Shown here one piece after another: positions 38,501-53,115 of a stretch of DNA of 64,000 nucleotides; within the stretch, counting starts at the first letter, position 1; every line of letters begins with the position of its first letter. The notes below the pieces were generated by a model. That model was not told where the DNA came from. It worked only from the letters and a program-made list of their open reading frames with translations, and made no database searches. The position numbers and the translations under genes are program-made. This stretch comes from Selaginella moellendorffii (taxonomy: Eukaryota > Plantae > Lycopodiophyta): positions 248,001-312,000 of the forward strand of contig NW_003314318.1 of assembly GCF_000143415.4 (NCBI RefSeq), in the 5' to 3' direction.

Positions 38501-41500
38501 CCCCTACTAAATAATCTCGTCTAGAACACAACTAACTCAAACTTGCCACTCAGCTCATTTGAATGCTAACATAGTTGCTAACTAGCAAATGTACGAATGC
38601 CAATAACACAAAGCCATAGCCAAATCATCAACACTATTTTCATTGAGACTAATGACACTCAATATCAATCCTATGGAGAGATATTTCATTTCACTTGAAT
38701 ATCAACTTCAACAATGTCAATGAAAAGGCATCGCTTCAATGCCATTAACACTAGAACAAAGCTAAAAGAAAGCACAAGTGTATCACCACTCAAAGCTCTC
38801 TAACAACCAAGCTAACCAAGGTCGAAGATACTTTAGTTAGTATCCGAGACCAATCCTTTAGCAAAACTCAGTTATAGATAACACTTCTTCAAGGAGTGAA
38901 TCACCACGTCCAAGACTCAATGAAATCCAACACTATGAACTAAACGCAACCAAATGATATCAACAGAGGTAGAGTCGATATGCCAACATGGAAAACCCAT
39001 GTAAGTCTAACGACACGATCCTCCGCAACCCCATTCGGTAAAGCAAGCCCATCACTGCTAAATCTTTATCGAGTGAAGCAAGTATCAATAGTCTTTTGAC
39101 AAAGTCTACAAGTAATCACTAGTCGCCAAGCAACTAACAATCACCCTTCAACTTGCCTTCACAAGACCCGAACACCAACTCATGTCATCGAGTCACATAC
39201 TTGTCCAACACGAACATAATACCCCAAGTATGAGATAAAAGTTCATAGACAAGCACAAACTAAATGACCACTCGAATCCAACTCAACCATGATAAACTCA
39301 CCAATGCGTTTAGCCAATAGCTCTGAGCATGCCTTTTTGAAGAGGCTAGCTATGCATAATCAACACTCAGTCGAAACTAAAGTGAAGACCATGAGATGAA
39401 CTCATATCGGTACACAACCTCCTTATAGACAAAGCCATAATATGGGTACTAACACCTCAACTTCAAACAACTAAGTTGGACATCACCATCCTCAGCCAAG
39501 GCGTAGGGACACCAAGACCAAGTCAAGATCAGTGAGAGCTCACTACTCTCATAGAGTCTAACGAAATGCAAAGTGCAACCTGCCACCAAGCATAACGCTG
39601 CAAAAGAAAGGCACAAGGGTCACCTTTCTAGAAAAGTGCAACCGCCACTTTTCTACACTAACTCCAGACTCTATCCAACTCAATTGCCTTAGCCCCAAAA
39701 GTCAATATCCCTTTCGGGCTGCTTCATACAAACTACTTGCCAAGGTCTAAGTTAACCGAGGTCAACTCCAACCCTTTCACTAGTTTGTACTGGCTTACGA
39801 AAACGGAAAGGTTTTTGGACAAAGTGATAACAGATCAGCCATTGGAAAAGTCTAAGAAAATTTGTGGAAAATCTTCCAATCCTAGAGAAAGAATGACTCT
39901 AAATCTAAGAATGCAAATTTTTAAAACTCAACCAACTTCCTCCTACTTACAACTTCACATAGGTTCACCTCAACACAAATTCTCATGACCTATAGTATGC
40001 TTAAGCCTCGAACATCTTTCTGCCCATTCTTTCGACATCCAACACCGACATCCGTAAAGTGCAAAGTGAACATCCAAGGCTTGATCACGAAGACCACATC
40101 TTCGGATATCTATATTGCACTAACACTCTTCTTCAACCACTTTCAAGATCCAATGTGAAGCTAAAACACTAACAAGAAAAATGACATGGAAAATCAAGCT
40201 CTAAGGAAAATTCCTTATCACTCGAAGTAACAATGCCACTTCCACTAACACAAGTGCTAGTGATGTCAATGCCCCAACTACACATCTTCTCCATCCAACA
40301 ATCTACTCCAAGTGTTAACGAATCAACTAATGAGCTATAGCAACTAAATGCTACAACCCTTTTCCAACACCTTAGTGGGCAAACTCAAGGAAACAAGGAA
40401 CAACATACCAACTTAAGCTTAGCATAATGGACCACTATCGAGAATTCAGTCAAAGCTACTACAATGCTACTTCGTGCAAGTAGACTGGCATCACTATCAA
40501 CCACTTTGGGGTTGATCATCATTTAACCAAGCAACTTCGTAAACACATTGCTCATTAACACATGGATATGATACAAAATCACAATGATTTGATCATCAAT
40601 TGAGCAACACCACGAGCAACACCCATGTCATTACTTCAAAGGTTTATGTGAGTATCAAGTGCCAACTCGATTTGATAAAATGCAACATAAATGTCACACT
40701 CCACCGATAGAGATTTACAACACTCAGCACCACTAACTTTTGTTCACAACATGGACAAACTCATGCCACTCTCTTTTCGACCAAACTCAACACTAATCCA
40801 ACACCAAGCTACTCAAGGAGCAATAGCAAGATTCCCCGGAAAAGAATTGAGCATTGCAATCCAAGTCTTTCAACAGCAAGCCTAGACAAAATGGTATAAC
40901 GTTTCACTGCTATCCATCCCACAACTCACCATTTGTAAGACCATCATCTCCAAGATGCATCAAGGTAGGGACTCTTGATTGCATGATGTGAACACGAGCA
41001 ATGAGTTAACACATCGTTGCAAATCATCTCTCCAAGAAGAGAAGATGATTTACGTGTTTGATCCTTCGTCCCTGATGACTCTCTTTTCAGTCTCATCTTT
41101 GACTAAACCTCAAGCTTGCTTTCGCACTGCCTTCAATCCAATCCAAGAAAAGTTTATGAGAGAGCACAGCAATGATTACTTGAGCCAATAGACTAATCCC
41201 TATAGTCTTGATTAATCCACTTGTAATCATGTCTAGGAAGGATCCACTAGTGCCGTGCTAAACAGCTACGGACCAGCCTATTTGCCACTCATAGCAAACT
41301 CAAGGAGGTTTGCTTTTACCCACGGTACATGGAACAACTCATGGAACCACAGATAGGCTAACATTAATCCTGCCAACTCAAAGTTTAATCTCGAGTTGCT
41401 AATGTGCCTCACTCACGAGCCCAAGCGTAAACTCGTGTTAATGGAGCATCTCAAATCCATCCTATGAGCCCAAGAGCAAGCTCACCCTATTAGGTACAAA

Positions 41501-42786
41501 AGGTAACCAAAACCATACCCAAGGAACGAATGCGAACCCATTGCACCAAACGTGTACCCACTCGGATCATCGTTTTCATCTCTGCGTATGCAACGAAACT
41601 AGTTGCCCAATCTCATTGAATAGTACTCGCTGAGACTCATCCTCTGATACCAAATGTAGCGCACGTGGTTTTGACCCTTTATCCTATGGTGATTTACCAT
41701 AGGATAACACCACGAAGCGGAACCTAAACCCTCTTTGTGCCACGTGACAGATGCCACGTGTCCATGCCACGTGTCCATAGGAACCCGAGGTTCAGGGCCT
41801 TGGGCCACTGAACGAAAGAACGGTGCCAAACTCCCAAGCATGGAGCTAAGGAGTGACGGAACCATACCACGGAGCAACTCCCGAGCATAAAGCCCCAAGG
41901 AGCGAAGGGACAGGGGCCCGGAGCGACTTGGAACAGTCCTGGAGCAACCAGCATCCCAATGCCAGGACTAGCACGTAAAACGGAGCCAAACGGAGTTTGG
42001 CGCTATTTCGGCATACCGGTGGCCTAACGTGAGGATATGGGTACTCCACCAACTAGCATGGAATGGAACTTGGGCTTAGACCCAAGCCGGACGCAGAACA
42101 AGGACAGGCACGCAAGCGGGAGCTAGACTATGCCTCAGGTTGGTCGGCCATGCCCGACCTACCCACTATCCCTACTATACATTTGGAACCCCCCACAGCC
42201 CCCCCCCCTTGAGGAACACACGCTTTGGGCTTTCACCCCAAGCCTCCCTTAGTATCAGGAGTTAGTCTCTGGGACAAGCTTGAAACTTACTAAATATGGA
42301 ATGTCCTTAGATTGCGAATTTGGACACGGGACGAACACCATTGTGTTCAGGACGATCCCTACATTCCGTAGATATGCCAAATGAGCAAATTTGGACACTT
42401 TCCATAAATAGCATTTGGGACCAAAATGAGACTAACACAAAGGGTATGATAGCGAGGGTGTTTGGCAGACACGGTAAGCTATCATCTAGCAATATTGAGG
42501 GACCAATCTCAATATTGCGGGGGTTCTTGATACTAGCAAGTGCAAGCCAATGACAGGAGTTTCTCAAACCAGGCCGAGTATGCTCAGCAAGAAACACATA
42601 GGGTTCCTACCTTATGTTTATCCGATCTAAGTACACGGTCATTGACCAGTTTCTCAACTAGCTCAAGTGGGAAACTGATAACGGGTCCAGCAATACCGAC
42701 CTCCTGCCATCGTGGCAGTAAGGTAAGAGTGTCCGTAAGGACTAGCCGACAGGTAACTTTCGATACCCGAAGTCACATTCGCGACA
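35529..42786 (-). mobile_element. Very young non-autonomous LTR retrotransposon (LARD-like, family E)
   Basis: LTRs 35529-36660 and 41655-42786 (1132 bp each; three substitutions seen), TSD ATTGT on both sides, PBS TGGTATCAGAG, PPT at 36661-36677, ~5 kb interior without long ORFs. Confidence 0.95.
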
Positions 42787-43296
42787 ATTGTAAACATTCA
42801 AAAGTATCACTAACATATTAGCCTATTACACAAAGGCCATGTGCATTCACCTTTGTCTCATTGGTAGTCCAAGACAACCTGTACCATAGTCTCGCCTCTT
42901 AAAAACTGGGCCATCTGTCTATAAGTGGTCATCCCATGACCACATATTAGCATCCTTAAGATGTTTAGAGACATGAAGAATACCCTTCCCCAATATTGTT
43001 ACTTCTATCTTCACTAAGTCTTTCTCTATTCAAGACTATACTTGTGAACGCCACTACACGGTTAGGGCAAAGGCCTGACCACTAAGTCTTATTGACCACT
43101 AGGACTTCCTCACCACATGATTGTATCTTTGTTCACTACATAAGAGGACTATTTTTCCTTTTCACAATCCAAAAGTTTTGAATGACATTTCAAAACACTA
43201 TGGCCCAACATAAGTCTCATGGATACTCCCCCCACTTTCTACCTCTGGTTGCTCTAGCCATGTGGCTAGAGCAAGGTTCCAATAAGCTATACCAAA

Positions 43297-44096
43297 TATC
43301 TAAGTAGGTAGTGCCACCTATACTTGGATTAGGAGTATTGACCATTTGATCTCTTAAGGGAGCTAGAGTTGACTATTGAATACTTCACTAAACTACCTTA
43401 CTTGTCTATCTGTATTCACTTTAACTTTAGACTCCTCAGTGGTTATATTATCACCCACCACGTAAGTATAACCTTCCTAAGTCACCCCTAGAGGGAACCA
43501 GTGCTTTGGGTTTTTACCTCTTAAACTATATTACTATTTAGACTCGGATTTAGACTCGGATTTAGACTTACGCTTAGACTCAGATTCAGTCTCAATTTTG
43601 GTCTTGGCCTTGATCTCGCACCCGATCTTAGTCTCCATTTAGACTTGACCTTGGGCTCCCTCTTAGACTCCTTTTTGGACTTCATCTCGAACTCTTTCTT
43701 GAACTCCATCTTAAAATCCATTTTAAACTCCTTCTCAAACTCCTTTTTGGACTCCACCTCAGAGTTCTTCTCGGACTCCACCTCAAACTCCACCTTAGAC
43801 TCCATCTTAGACTCCATCTCAGGCTCAGATTCCATCTTGGACTCATTCTTGACACTTTTATGTGTCACGACATTTGCCATGTGTTAACTTTTTTTATGTC
43901 CCTTTCTAGAGACTCATTCATTGATTGCTTTGTGCTCTTTCCTCGAGCACTTCATTTGGAGTTTTACTCCCACTTTCGACTTTTCAAGTTAGAGCTTTTG
44001 GTTTAAACATGTTACGCTTGTTAGACTTCCACTTCAACCATTGCCATATAGCACACTTTCAACTCTACTTTGGGGTCTAGGGATTTGTGTGTCACA
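43297..44096 (-). repeat. Degenerate LTR with a 12-bp tandem array, resembling the family A LTR
   Basis: Preceded by PBS-like GCTATACCA; (TTAGACTCCATC)-like units at ~43537-43850. Boundaries are approximate. Confidence 0.55.
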
Positions 44097-46489
44097 CTCC
44101 ATATGTAGTTGCTAAATGCTCAAATCAATTTTGAAGTTATAACTTTGAACCAAAATAAGGGACTTTGAGAACTATTGTAGTCCATGAAATGCCATTGCAA
44201 CAAACAATATATTCTAAGTTTAAATTTGTTTGCCAATAATCCTTTGAGACCATTATTAATTCAAACTTATGACCATAAATAGAACCTGCCTTTACATTTT
44301 CCCTTTAATCAATATCTAATTAACTCTAACTTATGATCTTTGTCTTTATCTAGCACCGCATATGGGAGATTAAACTCACTCTATTTGTTCTCCACATCCT
44401 TTTTATCCCCTCCTCAAAGAAAAAAAAATTTATGAAACACTGGTTTTATTTAGACTTATTGCATTAATCTTCACTCCACCATTTATGTTTAGATTCACTC
44501 CACTATTGCATTCGTTTAACTTCACTAAGTTAGAGTTAGATGTTCCTTTCAAACTCACTATACTTCTCACTTTATAATCCATGTCATTCATTCTCCTTCT
44601 ACTATCATATCCACTCATCCTCACTCCATTGTCAGGGCTGAACTCCCATTCATCCCCTTTATTGCCTTTTTTGAAGAAAAAAAAGTTTAAAGTGTCAAAG
44701 CTGAAAAGAGAAAGTGATAAAAAGGGAAGAAGAAATATTGTGGAAGAAGAAAACATAAACAAAGAAGTATTGAAAAATAAATTTTCAGCAATTATCAAAA
44801 TAAAAATAGGGAGAAAAGAAGGAAATATGATCTTGGAGAATCGTGGAGAACAAAAGATCTATTGTGATAAAATATTTTAGTTAATACGCAATAAACAAGA
44901 AATTCATATTGCTCAACCTCTTCAACACACAATTCAACATTTGAGATAAGAAAATCAATAGAAAAGTCCACACTCTCAAAGGAACACATAAACCCCTTAG
45001 TAGCAATAATAAAGCAAGCACTCACAACCAAGGATATGCACTCAAGTTAAAACTTTGGCCAAAATAATTCAACTCTAGGAATAGAGGAATACTTAATACT
45101 AAAATTGATCAAAAACTTTGCCAAAAAAGTAAAAACAAGATTCTCAAATTTTTGCACACACTCAAGATCCAGATTAGTATAAGAAGGATGAAAAACAATC
45201 AATTCAATACTGAATTGAGAATGAGAATCATAAGAGTTAGAAATGATTGATATGCCAGAAAAAGGAAATATTGTAGACAAGGAAGGAACATTAAGAACAT
45301 GAGAAAATGGCTCAAACTGAGAAATAAGAAAAAGGTTGGGAAAGAATAAAAGTTAAAAAGAAAGGATTAAATGGCAAATTAAAGGTAAAGAGAAAGGATT
45401 AGATGGTAGATTAAAACTTCAATTTATTTCCAAAGTTATCTCCATAATAATCAAGTTTCTTATCACAATCTGGAATTAATTCAAGCTTGTAAACATCGTC
45501 TTCCTATAAATTTGATCCTTGAACATTTGCCAAGAATCAGAATGCATTATCCATAGCTCACCAATTGATGTCACGACTAAGCTCCACACTAATGGGAGAT
45601 GGTAGAGCACCAAGAACAAGACAAGCCATGTAATTATGTCTCACATAAGTTGAAGATAGCAACATACCAAGGATGGGTGCAACACCAATATGATCACACC
45701 TCACAATATCAAAAGTTTAATTCAATAAAGTAGCATTAGCAGCCTCAAGTGAAATATTTCTTGATTGATAACAATATAATATGGTAAAAGAAAAGAATGC
45801 AATGAAGATGAGAAGAAAGAAAAAATCTAAATATAGCGATAGCTAAAGTTCTAGATCTTGCAAAAAGCTAATATAAATTTAGATTTAAAAGAGAATGAAG
45901 AAATATAAAAAAAAAGCACAATCCTGAATACTAAAGCAACGCACTGCTAAAAAAATTTGCATTTTAAGGACAAATTGCAATGCCATCAACATGATTGCTT
46001 GGGATATAAGAATAAAGGTTTAAACCCTTTATTATATATAAGAATGGATAAATTAAATTTAGTCTCAAGGGATGATCTGTATGCTATAGTACTATAATTA
46101 ATATATTACTGAGCCAAAGTAATGCATATATATACATACATATATTTACAAACTTTACAACACAAATTCAATCACTTCTGAAGTACATCCCATTATGAGA
46201 GTGCATGTGTATATTCCTAAAAGCCTAACTTATATATAGAGTGAGTGGTCCTTGAATATAATATGATGCTATTAAAACATCATTACACTATAATAGTATT
46301 GTAATTGTATATTACACTAATATAATAAACTCAACATGTTTTTAAAAAGAGTTATTTAGTAATAAAATTCATCACTATATTAAATTTTCTATAACAAGTC
46401 TAATCACAAACCAGATTAAGAATATTATATTTAATCCATTTAAAAGCTTAACTTTTTTTTTGTCACTAGGAAAAGGTTTTGTGCACATA

Positions 46490-49400
46490 CTACATTTCCA
46501 TGGGATCCCTTGGATTTTCATCCACTCCACTTTGATCCACCACGGTCTCCCTTGGATTTTCATCCACCACCATTTGGCTTATAGGATTTCCATCCTCTTC
46601 AATCTCTCCTTGCGCTGGATTATTTGTTGGGGCTTCCAATTGCTTCAAAACTGTACCAGCTCCATACATCTGTAAAACAGTTCCGACATTAAATGGACAA
46701 AATCTTTTCACTGACAAGTTCGCTCACCTGCATGAACTTGTTGTTGACAATCTCAGCCATTTCCTGTACCCCATTTTGCACGAGGTATGCGTTGCCAGTC
46801 TCCTCCACACGCCGGGATGTTGGATGCACGCTCTCGTCTAGCACCAGAGCCAGCTTGTCCGGGCGCTGGAGCAGCTTTTGGAACGTTGGCCGCAGCTCAT
46901 AACACTGCTCGAAGAGCGAACGCCGGCAAAAGACGTAGAGCCCCAGCCTTGCTCGCGACATGGCCACAACCAGCCTTCTCACGTCACGCAAATGCCCGAC
47001 GACGCGAGTGCGAACGAGAGACAGTAGTACGTAGTCGTTCTGCTGGCCTTGAAACCTGTCAGCCGTTGTTACCTGCGCAAAAACAGCTTTTAGATTCAAG
47101 CTCACGCTCAAACTTAGATCTGCTTGGTACCTTGCTCGGACGGCCAAAGAGTGGATGCTTGGCGCATCTGCTCTCGATCACGTCCCGAATCAAGTGCTTC
47201 TGCCCGTTGTAAGTCGTCAGGATGGAGATTTTGTTGGCAGGGTATCCCAGAAGTCGCATGTACTGGTAGACGCTCACCACGTACTCTGCCTCGCCCAGAT
47301 TCTGATAGAACCAGTGACTTGGTTCTTTCTCCCCTCGTCCGAGGTAGTCAGGCACGTCGATAAGCTGGTAGTCATACGCGAAGCCAGCATTCCCAAGAAG
47401 AAAGGACTGCTCCTCCTGTACGTCTGGCAAGTCACCCAAGTCTTTGTATCTCCAGTTGTAGAGCTTAGCGATGCTTGGCCTGGCCCTTCCCTGTGCGTTG
47501 AGCTCCACATGAGGCACTCCCAGGCGTACGAACCTTGCGAATAAGCTCTGATCGAGGTGGCTAAACTTTTGGTACGCCATGTTCTTCACGACTGGAGGCA
47601 GCTGGTGATGATCACCGATCAAGATACACCTCTTCAACCTGGCTCGTCCGTCCTCTTGTCTTTGCAGCAGCATCGGGATAAACGTCTCGATCTCCAGAAT
47701 CTGAGCACTTTCTTCCATCAAGAGGTTGTCATACTTGAAACCAATCCGCAGGAAGTCACGCCTCTTGAGTGCCGCATGAGTACAAGTCATGGCCACGATC
47801 TTTGCCTGCTTCGTCATGAGATAGTTTGCTCTGTCGGCTGTTGTCTTGAGCAGCTCAAAGGCTCGACACTCCTCGAGCTCTTGGAACATCGTCTTCAAGT
47901 GCTTGAAGCAGCCAGTTGCAGCACGCATGTCTTCTGCGTATGATAGCCCGGAGAAAAGCAGGTGGGGAGTGTCTGAAAAGAAGTCCATGAAAGGAAACTT
48001 CTCCATGACGATGCCTGGATTGTCCTCTGTAGCCTCGCAAGCGGCAACAAATTCCTCCCACCGTGCCAGGACATGGAGGAGCCAAAAGTGAGCGGCAGTC
48101 TCGCAAGTGTAGGCCACATCATCTGGCACGCTCAAAGTTCTCGCTAGGCGCTCTACTTCTGCTAGAAGTTCCAAACGCCGTGTCAACATGGCATTTACTC
48201 GCCCCTGACGACTAAAGTCAAGCTCGGTTTCGAGTTCCTGCTCACCCTGACCCAGACGTAGCAAGTACCGAGCCGGAACATCTCGCTGTAAGCGCAGAGT
48301 TAGAAATCCGAAGACAATTACAGGAAAGACTTCGTTACCTGCATGATCTTTTCAAAGAGATCGTTCAGAGCTTGATTAGAATGCGTTATGAGGAGTGTCC
48401 TCTGCGATGGACAATTATGATATAGCACGTTCAAGATTTGCACGGCCGTATCAGTTTTTCCTGTACCGGGTGGTCCTACGACCATCGTCAACCCCGGTTG
48501 CACACCCGACTTGATAGCTTCAATCTGACAATAAGAAAAAGTATTAATGGGCACACACTAAATACCGGAAGAATGCAAACCTGGACTGGTGTGAATCTAA
48601 CGGAATTCTGCTTTGGCTGGTCTTGTGGATATGGACCTGGATCCGGAGGCACGTAGCTCTCCACAATGATAGCCTCCTGAACTGCAGTTTCACTGTCTGT
48701 GGTGCCATTTCCAGACGAGGCTTTCCTTTTTCTGCTTCGCTTAACTTTGGTATCGTTTCCATCTGCAATCTGAAAGCACGTAAATCCGTGAGGATCTACG
48801 ACAAAACAAAAACCGTCAGCAGCGATACCTCCTCGATGGCTGTCTTGGTGTTCAACTTGGGGAACGTTACACGGAATGGTGGTGCTGGAGATTCGTCAAC
48901 GTCGCCATCCGGAGTCACAAACTTAACCTGCATCCAACTTGTTAATACAGCAACGTGAAAGAAGAATCAGTGATACCTCGCCAGGGAAACTTTCACGCAG
49001 GTGCTGTGCATCCAAAAAAGTATCCTTGAAGTCTACGGTATGAAGCTGCTTGTGCTTCTGCAGCTTCACTGGATTGAAATATCCCAGAACCAAGTCCTGA
49101 AGCCAGTCCGGAACTATGCAATCCTCGTTGGTGAGGTCCCGGATGGACTCCAAAATAGCTTTGAAGTTGTTCTCTTTCGGCTTCCTTCTCATAAGAAGAT
49201 TGAAGGAGCTGTACGGGTCTTCTTCACCTTCAGCCTTTGCGTCCATATCAATCTGGTATTGTGCACAGTCCAGAGCTAAAACAACTGTCCGTTGGTCCCC
49301 TTGTGGAGGTTTCCATTCTTCCCTCTTGACCCGCCCAGTGAAGTCGTTCATTAGATGGTTTACTTCATCACGAATCTCCACGATTTCACATCCTCGTACG

Positions 49401-51546
49401 TACTTGAGCCCGTATTTCTCCGGCACAGTCATGTGCTGAGCTATCTCGGACGATGGTGGCTTCAAATGCGGCATCACTGTGAGTAGAAACAGAACGTCAT
49501 GCTCCTTCAAGTCATCCCACTCGGCTCTTAGCTGCGGATCACACCTCGCTATGCTGAACGTAACCTCGGCAGTCACGGATGACGGCTTGATGTCACCAAT
49601 ATTCGGCTCTTTCACTTGAGTTATCTTGAATGACTTGACCGGAGTTGCCATCCGAGCCCAGCCCCGAAACTTTGTGCGGCCCTCGTCACCGACAGACGCT
49701 GCAACTTTCTCCAACACTTCCTGGATGTTCTCTCTGATCTCGTAAGTAGACTCTAGCCGAAACAGGTGGAAGTTCCGCAAAAGGTAATCGTTGAGCGTCA
49801 GGAACTGCAAGTTTAGCTTGTGAAGCGCCAGGCTTGCCTCGCCGGTGTAGTTGACGCTTGGCACCAAACTTTCATCCCACATCACGGTCTCGGTAGGATA
49901 AAGTGGAAGACCATTGATGAAATCCCTCTGAGATTGGCGTTTCTCAAAGGCTGAGATTAGAACTTCTTTTAGGAAATCCACCCTGTCTGCCCAAGTATCT
50001 GATGCCGGAATTAGCATCAACTGTGCACGAAAATGTCAGAAACGAAATCCACGTACAGTGCTTTATATATACCTTGTTGCAGACCAAATCTTTTAATTCT
50101 TGAACGCTCAGCTTCGATAACCACTTCGTCAATTCCTTGCGATTGTTCAACGCCCCGACATTCGACAGTGCCATCTCTTTAAGCTGCACATAAAGCCAGT
50201 CTCAAATTGACTAATACTCCTCGTACAAACCTTCGGCTCCTGGTTAAATGCTAAGAGTTGAAACGAGTGAATAAAATTGCAGTGCCTCTTCAAGACGTTA
50301 ACTTCGAGACCTTTCTGATCGTCAAGCTCAAAATCAGCATAGAACTGAAGTAACTCCACGAGTTTCCGGAAGAGCGCTCCTTGAGGATGTTCGTGCAAAG
50401 GACTCAACTTGCATTTTACAACAACCGCCAGATCATTGACAACAGCTTTTCCAAATCTGCAGAATACAGGGGTGAGTGACAGCACCGATGACTACGAAAA
50501 CCCAAAGTTTACCTCCGTGTTGGCATCTGGCTAAGAAGATCAATTAAAAACTCTACAAAGCGCTCACAAAACAGAACAGCCGATGCGTCAGCCTCACTTC
50601 CCACAACAGCACCATCGAGAACCTTGAAAGCACCGGTTTAGGACGTAAAATCATACCATCGATCCACTTTACCTGAAGAAAATCTTTCATCAAAGATGGC
50701 AGAAAACGTACTTCCAGTTTTTCCTGGATATTTGCAGAGCTGGCTGCAGCTTTCTTCTGCAGCTTCAGCCATGGCTTAAGAAGCTTTTCGTCGTGAAAGA
50801 GCTCCAGCTAGTGCAGAATCAAATCAGAAAATGTCACGCAGATGCCTGATTAAACGCGTACCTTTACACGACCAGGAGACAAGCTGTGCCAAAGCTCCAT
50901 TGAGACCAGTCGTAGAACCGAGTCCGCCACCAAGGGATCTTCCAAGCTCTACATTACAAAAAACCGATTAAACCGTTGCAAAGAAGAGCAAAGCAAGTAT
51001 AACCTGGAAACTGTGTATAAGAAAAAGCAAGTAGTTTGTCTTCTCTTTCAGATTTAGAGACCGCTCTCCCTGAGAATCACGGAGAGAAACTATGTTAAAA
51101 CATGGTCACTGCAAAAACTTGACTTCTTACCTGGAGGGTGAAAACCCGGTGCAAGAACAGTGAAAAAACTTGTTTTCTCCCATGGAAACAATTCCAGGCG
51201 GGCACATTTTCTCGAAACTAGAGAAAAAATTCATCAGAGCCATCCACATTTCCAGGAGAAAATAACAACAACTCACCTTCTCATTCACCATCAACACAAT
51301 CGACATGACATGCTCGAATGAGGCGGCCTGGTGATCGAAATGCGGCCACAGATAGTTCTCCAAATACTGGCCAATCTCGAGCAATGCAACCCTCTGGAGT
51401 GGCACGGATTTGCTACCTTCAGCCGACGCGAGCTCCATCCTGTAGATTTGCTCCACCCGCGCGGGATCGAAGCGCTCGCTCGTCCAGCTCGCTGGGAAAG
51501 GAGCGGACCGAGCGCCGGCGGCATCGACCTCCTGCCCGGGCGCCAT
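46490..51546 (-). CDS. AQR: RNA helicase Aquarius (intron-binding protein; MAC7/EMB2765 homolog), multi-exon
   Basis: [36 protein letters not shown], Walker [56 protein letters not shown]. Confidence 0.96.
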
Positions 51547-52699
51547 CGCCAAAATCCCAAACCCTAGTAAAGAACCCCTGACCTAATTCTATTGAGGCGC
51601 TCCAGACGCGCCAATCGAACGATTTCCCGCCATCGCTAGATTTCGCGAGAGGTACGAGGCAAAGCTGGAGCTCCACAGGGGGCGAGACCTATGGATCCAT
51701 CCAGGGCTTCCTCTTAGGATCGAGCAACAAGGCTACGAAGGCTTCGATCTCACGCGTGCGCGGCGGCAAGCAGGCCATCATCGACCAAGATCCCGGGATT
51801 CAGCGTCGCACGAGATTCTGCTGGCGACGTCCAAGCTCGAGATCACTGGGAGGATTCGAGGCGAGGATGCGTACTAGCGGATGTTCCGGCGGCCCGCCAG
51901 TGTGGCGTCCGAGCTGGCGGAACTCGTGCGTGATTCTTCTCAATCCATCTCTCAGGGATGGAATGGGAGGATTGGGAGGATTCTTTTGGTGGCAGCAGTA
52001 AGGAGCATCGGGCCTCCACATCCAAATGTTTTGCTCGAAGAAAGAAATGGGGATGCGAATGATGTTGTGGATCCACCGTTTGTGGATCGAGAGAATTACG
52101 TTCACTGCTTTGAGCGTGCGCATCATAGGTGGACACGCTCCACAATCTTCTGGTGTTCTACTTGGACAAGCTGGGAAGCCTAGATGATCGCACTGCCAGG
52201 ATTTATGTGTCATAGAAGAGAATGTAGTGTATCTAGAATATGCTTAGATATTCTAGCATATTCTATCATTTAACATTTCATTACATCAAAAACTCCATCA
52301 ATGAAATAAAAATAAAAGTATGATTCTAAGCTTCACACATGCACTCAACATCCAAATTAGTATGTGGAGGACATAAAGCATTATATTTAACATTGAACTC
52401 TCATAAAAGTCACAAATAATCAATATACTAGAAAAAGAAAATATTGTATATGAGGAAATATTAGGAATATAAAAAGGTGATTTATGCCAAGAAATAAAAA
52501 AAAGTTAGAAAAGAGCAAAATGTAAAAAAGAAGTACTAGATAGCAAATTGAAAGATTAACACTTATCCCATTGTAGCACACTTTATCTATTTCCCTTTTA
52601 ACTAACTGGAAAAGGGGTAATTGCTTAATAAAAAAAATCATTAATAATTATTTTATCCTTATTTATCCCCCAAGGTTTCAAAAATCCATGATAATAATA

Positions 52700-52865
52700 T
52701 ATCTAAATCTCATCCTATGATCACTCGTAAAATCTTTAATTCATCTCTAAATAAAGACAAGTTTTTATAATAATTAAGCTTATTAGCACAATCTAGAATC
52801 CACTGGAACTTATATACATTATCTTCCCATAAATTTGATCCTTGAACATTCTCTAAAAATTAGAC

Positions 52866-52905
<40 letters not shown>

Positions 52906-53115
52906 CTCATCAATCAATATCAAGTCAATATCTAGATCACACTCCACAACAAAGGGAAATAGTAGAACACCAAAATGGTAAAACACCAAGAACAAAATAA
53001 GCTATGTAATCACATCCTATTAAAGCTAGAAATGGGAACACACTAAGGATGGGCATACCACCAACATAATCAAGCTTCACTGTACCAAATAGAGTAGTGT
53101 TAGCAACCTTAAGTG
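52700..53115 (-). mobile_element. Fragment of the same gag-like debris as 45430-45760, with (TA)n at 52868-52904
   Basis: Shared strings such as ATAAATTTGATCCTTGAACATT and CACCAAGAACAA.A.AAGC.ATGTAAT. Confidence 0.6.

Larger units (their letters stand above)
34965..46159 (-). mobile_element. Degenerate LTR element with ~175-bp LTR-like ends (34965-35139, ~45990-46159), carrying further insertions
   Basis: The two ends are similar (TATATATAAGAATGGAT..CTATAGTACT..AGTAAT..TATTTACAAAC.TTACA); PPT complement at 35140-35154; gag/PR-like debris at 44100-45760. No TSD found. Confidence 0.6.
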
